Shown in pieces: positions 27,500 to 32,000 of a stretch of 32,000 bases of DNA (its first letter is position 1; each line of letters begins with the position of its first letter). Source of the DNA: Rhodobacter capsulatus SB 1003 (GTDB taxonomy: Bacteria > Pseudomonadota > Alphaproteobacteria > Rhodobacterales > Rhodobacteraceae); NCBI RefSeq assembly GCF_000021865.1, contig NC_014034.1, positions 2,340,001-2,372,000 of the forward strand, read 5' to 3'. Both the position numbers and the translations under genes were made by a program. Below the pieces are notes generated by a model that saw nothing but the letters and a program-made list of their open reading frames with translations, was not told the DNA's origin and searched no databases.

Positions 27500-28132
27500 A
27501 TGGTCGGACGCATCATCACCACCGAAGACGACGTGGCCGAGGGCGCGGCCTGGCTGGCCGCGACCGAGCCGCGCTTTGCCCGCGTGCTGGACCGGACCGG
27601 CCCCTGGCCGCTCCGGCGCCGCGAGGACGGGTTCGACGCGCTGCGCGATGCGATTCTGGGTCAGCAGGTGTCGACCGCCGCGGCGCGCGCGATCCGCGGC
27701 AGGCTGATTGACGCGGGCTTCGGCGCCGCCCCCGCTTTGGCCGAAGCCTCCGAAGAGGATCTGCGCGGCTGCGGCCTGTCGCGACAAAAGGTGCGCTATC
27801 TGCAGGCGCTGGCGCGGTCCGGCATCGATTTCGACGCGCTGCGCCGCCTGCCCGATGCGCAGGTGATCGAGACGCTCTTGCCCCTGCCCGGCATCGGCCG
27901 CTGGACGGTCGAGATGTATCTGATCTTCGCGCTCGGCCGTGCCGATGTCTTCGCCGTTGACGATCTGGCGCTCGCCGAGGCGGCACGGATGCTGTTCGAC
28001 CTGCCCGAACGGCCGAAGCCGCGGGCCTTTGGCACGCTCTCTGCGGCCTGGTCGCCCTGGCGGGCGGTTGCCGCGCGCGGGCTTTGGGCCTATTACGCGG
28101 CGATGAAGGATCGTGAAGGAGTGGCGCCATGA
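27500..28132 (+). CDS. DNA-3-methyladenine glycosylase II-like (HhH-GPD superfamily, AlkA-like)
   Basis: ATG at 27500, inside track ORF 26417..28132. It carries LPGIGRWTVEMYLIFALGRADVFAVDDLAL, i.e. the HhH motif plus a catalytic Asp. Confidence 0.8.
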   Translation: MVGRIITTEDDVAEGAAWLAATEPRFARVLDRTGPWPLRRREDGFDALRDAILGQQVSTAAARAIRGRLIDAGFGAAPALAEASEEDLRGCGLSRQKVRYLQALARSGIDFDALRRLPDAQVIETLLPLPGIGRWTVEMYLIFALGRADVFAVDDLALAEAARMLFDLPERPKPRAFGTLSAAWSPWRAVAARGLWAYYAAMKDREGVAP

Positions 28133-28791
28133 CGCGGATCAACAAGGTGGGACGGGTCGAGGCCCGCTCGGGCAAGGCGACCTCGGCGGTGATCTTCCTG
28201 CATGGCTATGGCGCGGATGGCGACGACCTGCTGGGTCTGGCCGAGCCGCTCGCCCCGCATCTGCCGAACACGCTGTTCCTCGCCCCCGACGCGCCCGAGG
28301 AGTGCGTGACCAATCCCTTTGGGCGGCAATGGTTTCCGATCCCGTGGCTCGATGGCTCTGCCCCCGAAGAGGCCGCCGCGGGGCTGACACGCTCCTCGGA
28401 AGATCTGAACGCCTTCCTGGATCAGGTGATGGCGGCCGAGGGGCTGGCGGCGGCGCAGATCGCGCTTCTGGGCTTTTCGCAGGGCACGATGATGGCGCTG
28501 CAGGTGGCGCCGCGGCGCGCGCAGGCGCTGGCGGGCGTCGTCGGCTTTTCCGGGCGGCTTCTGCGCGCCGATGCGCTGGCCGCCGAGACGGTGACGAAGC
28601 CGCCGATGCTGCTGCTTCATGGCGATGTCGATCAGATCGTGCCCTTCGGCGATCTGAAACAGGCCGCCGATGCGCTGAGCGCGGCCGGGTTCGATCTGCG
28701 CACCCATGTGATGCGCGGCACCGGGCATGGCATCTCGCCCGACGGGCTGGGTCAGGCGCTGGCCTTCCTGCGGGCGCATCTGCCCGCCTGA
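28129..28791 (+). CDS. Alpha/beta hydrolase, phospholipase/carboxylesterase family
   Basis: 220 aa with nucleophile elbow GFSQGT and the pattern FLHGYGADG...LHGDVD...GHGI. Its start overlaps the previous stop (ATGA). Confidence 0.85.
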   Translation: MTRINKVGRVEARSGKATSAVIFLHGYGADGDDLLGLAEPLAPHLPNTLFLAPDAPEECVTNPFGRQWFPIPWLDGSAPEEAAAGLTRSSEDLNAFLDQVMAAEGLAAAQIALLGFSQGTMMALQVAPRRAQALAGVVGFSGRLLRADALAAETVTKPPMLLLHGDVDQIVPFGDLKQAADALSAAGFDLRTHVMRGTGHGISPDGLGQALAFLRAHLPA

Positions 28792-28890
28792 GTCGCGCGC
28801 CATCTGCCCGATTTCCGGGCAGCCCGTCATATCGCCGTTGCAAAGGCATGCAATGCCAAGGCCCACGGGCAGGTTGCGCAGATCGCGGGC

Positions 28891-28919
28891 CTTGTCCTGC
28901 GGGTGACGCGAGATATAGT
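28891..28919 (+). promoter_or_regulatory. Sigma70-like promoter: CTTGTC, 17-nt spacer, TATAGT
   Basis: It is the best -10 match in an otherwise GC-rich, non-coding 400-nt gap. No CDS lies immediately downstream. Confidence 0.4.
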
Positions 28920-28925
28920 AGAGCT

Positions 28926-29160
28926 GTGGCAGAGGCGGGGGCTTCTCCGCCGCGCTGCCCGCTCAGAACAGGCGGGGATGAAGGATGTGCGGATCGGATC
29001 AAGGGGGCGAAAGGCTGCGACCGGGCGGTGACCGGCGCAACCGGGTGTCTGCCGACGGCGGCTTTGCCTGCCCGCCGCATCCGGGCAGTCTGTGCCCCGT
29101 GACGACGATCTTCTCCTGTCGGCCCTTGCGAAAGCGCGTGTATCCCACGCGCTTTTTTCT
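28926..29160 (+). ncRNA. Candidate structured RNA of about 235 nt. It could be a trans-acting sRNA or a terminator-containing leader of the HNH gene. Class unknown.
   Basis: It is bounded by the promoter-like site and a perfect intrinsic terminator. Several GC-rich hairpins are present: GGCAG-GGCGG...CCGCC-CTGCC at 28928-28959 and CTGCCCG...CGGGCAG at 29068-29087. Two CUUCUCC (anti-SD-like) tracts occur at 28942-28948 and 29110-29116. No convincing ORF is present. Confidence 0.35.
29131..29160 (+). terminator. Intrinsic terminator
   Basis: Perfect 10-bp stem AAAGCGCGTG / CACGCGCTTT with loop TATCC, running into TTTTTTCT. Confidence 0.85.
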
Positions 29161-29193
29161 TTGCCTGCAGGGCCTTGCCGAAAGGGGGCGGGG

Positions 29194-29760
29194 ATGAATG
29201 CGGCGATCGGAAATCTGCGCACGCTGGTGTTGAACGCCGACATGCAGCCCTTGTCCTGGGCGCCGCTGTCGGCCTGGAGCTGGCAACAGGGGCTGGTCGC
29301 GGTGCTGCAGGAACGCGTCATCCAGGTGAAGACCTACGAGGGGCTGCGGGTGTCCTCGGCCAACCAGAGCTTTGAAATCCCGGCGGTGGTGGCGCTCAAG
29401 ACCTATCGACGGCGCAAGAAGGTGCCCTACACGCGGTTCAACGTGTTCTTGCGCGACGAATTCCGCTGCCAGTATTGCGGCAAGCGGTTTCCCGCCTCGG
29501 AGCTGACCTTCGACCATGTGATCCCGCGGGCGCGTTCGGGCGGCAGCCGCTGGACCAACATCGTCACCGCCTGCGGCCCGGACAATCTGCGCAAGGGCTG
29601 CCGGACGCCGAAAGAGGCCGGGATGCGGCTTCTGCGCACGCCCTTCGAGCCCAGCCCGCGCCAGCTTGACGACATCGCGCGGCGGCTGCCGATGGCCAAG
29701 GAGGGGCTGCATCAGACCTGGCTCGACTTCCTTTACTGGGACAGCGAACTGGAGGAATGA
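29194..29760 (+). CDS. Small stand-alone HNH endonuclease (McrA-like)
   Basis: ATG at 29194, inside track ORF 29092..29760. 188 aa with CQYCG...LTFDHVIPRARSG...WTNIVTAC..DNLRKG, an HNH motif with Cys zinc ligands. Confidence 0.85.
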   Translation: MNAAIGNLRTLVLNADMQPLSWAPLSAWSWQQGLVAVLQERVIQVKTYEGLRVSSANQSFEIPAVVALKTYRRRKKVPYTRFNVFLRDEFRCQYCGKRFPASELTFDHVIPRARSGGSRWTNIVTACGPDNLRKGCRTPKEAGMRLLRTPFEPSPRQLDDIARRLPMAKEGLHQTWLDFLYWDSELEE

Positions 29761-29780
29761 CCCCGGCCCGGGCAAGGGGC

Positions 29781-29810
29781 GCGGGCAGGCCGCCCCTGCC
29801 CCCGCTTTTG
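29781..29810 (+). terminator. Terminator-like hairpin after the HNH gene
   Basis: Stem GGGCAGG / CCTGCCC with loop CCGCC, followed by CCGCTTTTG. Confidence 0.55.
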
Positions 29811-29925
29811 CGGCGGAACCGGCGCCGCACCGCCGCCGGATCGGTGTTTTCGCTTGATCACCGGCCCGGAACGCAGGAGTGTCGCCGGACATCTTCGCAT
29901 CGCATAACCCGGACATTCCTCTTTC

Positions 29926-31848
29926 ATGACGACAGCACGTGATTTCACAGCCGCCCCCGGGCGGGCGGGCCCTCTGGCGGTGATCGCCTGTCAGCGCAAC
30001 GAGGCGATGTGGCTGCTCGAATGGGTGGCGTTCCAGCATGCGGCGGGGTTCGACCGGGTCTTTGTCGTCTCGAACGATTGCAGCGACGGCTCGGACCGGA
30101 TGCTGGACCGGCTGGCCGAGATGGGCGAGGTCGTGCATCTGCGCCAGGACGCGCAGCCCGGCGAAGCCCCGCAGGTGAGCGGCTGCGCGCTGGCTCTGGC
30201 GCATCCGCAGATGGCCGATGTCGCCTGGGCGTTTCACTGCGACATCGACGAATTTCTCAATGTGAGCTGCGGCGAGGGCCGGGTTGCCGATCTGATCGCG
30301 GCGGTCCTGCGTGCCGGTCCCACCGATTGCATCACCGTCAACTGGCGCATGTTCGGCTCGGGCGGGCGGCGCAGCTGGGACGGCGGCGCGGTCCTGCCAA
30401 GCTTCACCCTGACCGAGGCGCAGCTGCGCAAGGGCCGCGCGATGCAGAAATGCCTGTTCCGCCCCGAGGTTTTCGCGGCGGTGCATTGCCACATGCCCAA
30501 GCATCCGCGCAAGGCGGACCCGGTTCTGCGCAGCAGCGCCGGTGTGGAAATGCCCAATGCGCCGCTGTTCGCGCCGCAGCAGATGCGGCATCAGACCGCC
30601 ACCCATGCGATGGTCAGCTGGGAGAATGCGGCGCTCAATCACTATGCGATCCGGTCGCAGGATGTGTTCCTGCTGAAGAACCTGCGCGGCGACGGCATGG
30701 CTCTGACGCATCAGAAATACCGTCTGGGCTCGCCGTTCTGGGCCTTTGCCGAACGGACCGAGATCGAGGACCGCACGATCTTGCGGCATTGGCCCGCGGT
30801 GGCGGCGCGGCTTGAGCGCTATCGCGCCGACCCCGAGATCCGCGCGCTCGAGGCCGAGGCGCTCGCCGGGCATGCGCGGCTGCGCGCAGAGATCCTCGAC
30901 CGGCAGGGCCGGTTCGGCTGGCACGATCCCGCCCCGAAACAGCCGCTGCAGGAGGTGCCCAAGGCGCATCTGCCCGACACGGCCGGGGCGGTGCGCTTCT
31001 TGCTGTCGCAGCTGCCGCGCGAGCGCCGCACCGTGGTGCTTGATGTCGGCGCCAATCCGATCACCCCGACGCCCTACAAGACGCTTCTGGCGCTGCAAAG
31101 CTGCGAGGTGATCGGCTTCGAGCCGCAGCCCGAGGCCTTTGCCGCGCTGCAATCGGCGCGCTCGCCGCGGGAGCGGTATTTCCCCCATGCGGTGGGCGAC
31201 GGGACGGTGCAGGAGCTGAAGATCTTCCGGTTCAGCGGCATGACATCGGTGTTCGAACCCTGTCTGCCCTCGATCGCGCTCTTGGGCAAGCCGCGGATGG
31301 GCCGGGTGATCGAGCGGGTCGCGCTGCCGACGGTGGCGCTGGACACCCTGCCCGAAATCGGCCGGATCGATCTGCTCAAGATCGACATTCAGGGCGGCGA
31401 GCTGGCGGTGTTTCAGGGCGCGCGCCAGACGCTTGCGCAGGCGGTCGCGGTGATCGTCGAGCTGCGTCACCTGCGGCTTTACGAGGGCGAGCCGATGGCG
31501 GCCGGGGTCGATCAGGAGCTGCGCGCGCAGGGCTTCGCGCTGCACAAGTTCCTGTTCAACAAGTCGATGCCGATCGCCAATTCGCAGCTGGCCCGGCTTT
31601 CGCGCGAGGCCAACAGCGATCAGCTGGTCGATGGCGACGCGGTCTATCTGCGCGACCTGACGAGGCTTGACGCGATCGACGACGAGGGGCTGGTGCAGCT
31701 TGCCATCCTGGCCGCATCGACCTTTGACAGCCATACCGTCGCGCTGGCCTGTCTGGATGCGCTGGCCGCAAGGGGGCGGATCCCGGCAAGCCTGGCGCGC
31801 GACTATGTCGACGCCCTGCCCGCCCGGCTGCGCAGCGATCCGGCCTAG
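29926..31848 (+). CDS. Fusion protein: N-terminal glycosyltransferase (Glyco_tranf_2_4 / GT92-like) plus C-terminal FkbM-family methyltransferase
   Basis: 640 aa. The N-terminal part has AVIACQRNEAMWLLEWVAFQHAAGFDRVFVVSNDCSDGS and HCDIDEFL (DxD-like). The C-terminal part has VLDVGANPI, GFEPQPEAF and IDLLKIDIQGGELAVF, typical of FkbM. Confidence 0.75.
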   Translation: MTTARDFTAAPGRAGPLAVIACQRNEAMWLLEWVAFQHAAGFDRVFVVSNDCSDGSDRMLDRLAEMGEVVHLRQDAQPGEAPQVSGCALALAHPQMADVAWAFHCDIDEFLNVSCGEGRVADLIAAVLRAGPTDCITVNWRMFGSGGRRSWDGGAVLPSFTLTEAQLRKGRAMQKCLFRPEVFAAVHCHMPKHPRKADPVLRSSAGVEMPNAPLFAPQQMRHQTATHAMVSWENAALNHYAIRSQDVFLLKNLRGDGMALTHQKYRLGSPFWAFAERTEIEDRTILRHWPAVAARLERYRADPEIRALEAEALAGHARLRAEILDRQGRFGWHDPAPKQPLQEVPKAHLPDTAGAVRFLLSQLPRERRTVVLDVGANPITPTPYKTLLALQSCEVIGFEPQPEAFAALQSARSPRERYFPHAVGDGTVQELKIFRFSGMTSVFEPCLPSIALLGKPRMGRVIERVALPTVALDTLPEIGRIDLLKIDIQGGELAVFQGARQTLAQAVAVIVELRHLRLYEGEPMAAGVDQELRAQGFALHKFLFNKSMPIANSQLARLSREANSDQLVDGDAVYLRDLTRLDAIDDEGLVQLAILAASTFDSHTVALACLDALAARGRIPASLARDYVDALPARLRSDPA

Positions 31849-31855
31849 GCCCCCC

Positions 31856-31907
31856 GGTCTCAGGGCCCGGTCTCAAGGCCCGGTTTCTGGGCCCGGCCTC
31901 AGGGGCG
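31856..31907. repeat. Four imperfect 13-bp tandem repeats: GGTCTCAGGGCCC / GGTCTCAAGGCCC / GGTTTCTGGGCCC / GGCCTCAGGGGCG
   Basis: Read directly from the sequence. The array lies between convergent genes, and the last unit overlaps the AraC-family stop codon. Confidence 0.85.
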
Positions 31908-32000
31908 GCTGGCGCGGCGGAATTCCGAGGGCGAGACGCCGACCTCTTTCTTGAACGCCTTGCAGAAATAATTCGCGTCCTGATAGGCCAGATCCAGCGC
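31899..32000 (-). CDS. AraC-family transcriptional regulator, C-terminal 33 aa (the gene continues off the right edge)
   Basis: Hand translation of the minus strand gives ALDLAYQDANYFCKAFKKEVGVSPSEFRRASRP*, the canonical second HTH tail of AraC/XylS proteins. Confidence 0.75.
   Translation of the reverse strand, partial: ALDLAYQDANYFCKAFKKEVGVSPSEFRRASRP

Noticed and set aside
28978-29031. 17-aa ORF (MKDVRIGSRGRKAATGR) inside the candidate RNA
   Set aside because: It is too short, has no clear SD, and its conservation cannot be judged from one sequence. It is mentioned only as an alternative (a leader peptide) to be tested.
28792-29193. tmRNA, SRP RNA, 6S RNA, RNase P RNA or a tRNA in the 400-nt gap
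   Set aside because: No T-loop GGTTCGA-type sequence and no tag-peptide reading frame is present. The GGAAGG/SRP domain IV motif and the GAGGAAAGTCCGG P4 motif are both absent. The 5' and 3' ends do not pair as a 6S closing stem would.
28926-29760. HEARO / IscB omega-RNA type association (a structured RNA next to an HNH gene)
   Set aside because: IscB proteins are more than 400 aa and carry split RuvC domains. This HNH protein is 188 aa with only the HNH/zinc motif and looks like the small McrA-like HNH protein that I believe is common in alphaproteobacteria. No transposon ends are visible.

Overview
This is a gene-dense, high-GC alphaproteobacterial chromosomal segment that looks Rhodobacteraceae-like. 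I found no rRNA, tRNA, CRISPR array, IS element or prophage.

Gene order, left to right:
- a truncated DctB-like sensor kinase (-)
- purQ, purS and purC (-)
- the ATPase-inhibitor zeta subunit (DUF1476)
- an MprF-like LPG-synthase-TM/DUF2156 protein
- a split corrinoid methyltransferase locus: a homocysteine-binding module, a PA0069-type radical SAM gene (-), a stand-alone B12-binding protein, an unlisted 55-aa membrane micro-ORF, and DUF1638
- bestrophin (-), then azlC and azlD
- a GntR/FCD regulator, then a class-III aminotransferase (-) divergent from potABCD plus an Amidohydro_3 hydrolase
- a membrane PAS-PAS-GGDEF-EAL protein
- a NYN-domain protein (-)
- a Zn/Cd-type P1B ATPase (-) divergent from its MerR regulator
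- an MFS transporter (-), an AlkA-like glycosylase and a carboxylesterase
- a roughly 400-nt non-coding gap that carries a promoter-like site and a strong terminator
- a small HNH endonuclease, a glycosyltransferase-FkbM methyltransferase fusion, and the tail of an AraC regulator (-)

Most of the window is ordinary core genome. The items most worth a second look are:
- the split MetH-like locus and its hidden, translationally coupled micro-ORF
- the orphan promoter/structured RNA/terminator unit upstream of the HNH gene
- a 3-copy ATGATCAAAT motif that links the GntR gene to the polyamine locus
- a 21-nt intergenic repeat family

All protein family calls come from recognising motifs in the supplied translations. 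No database search was run.
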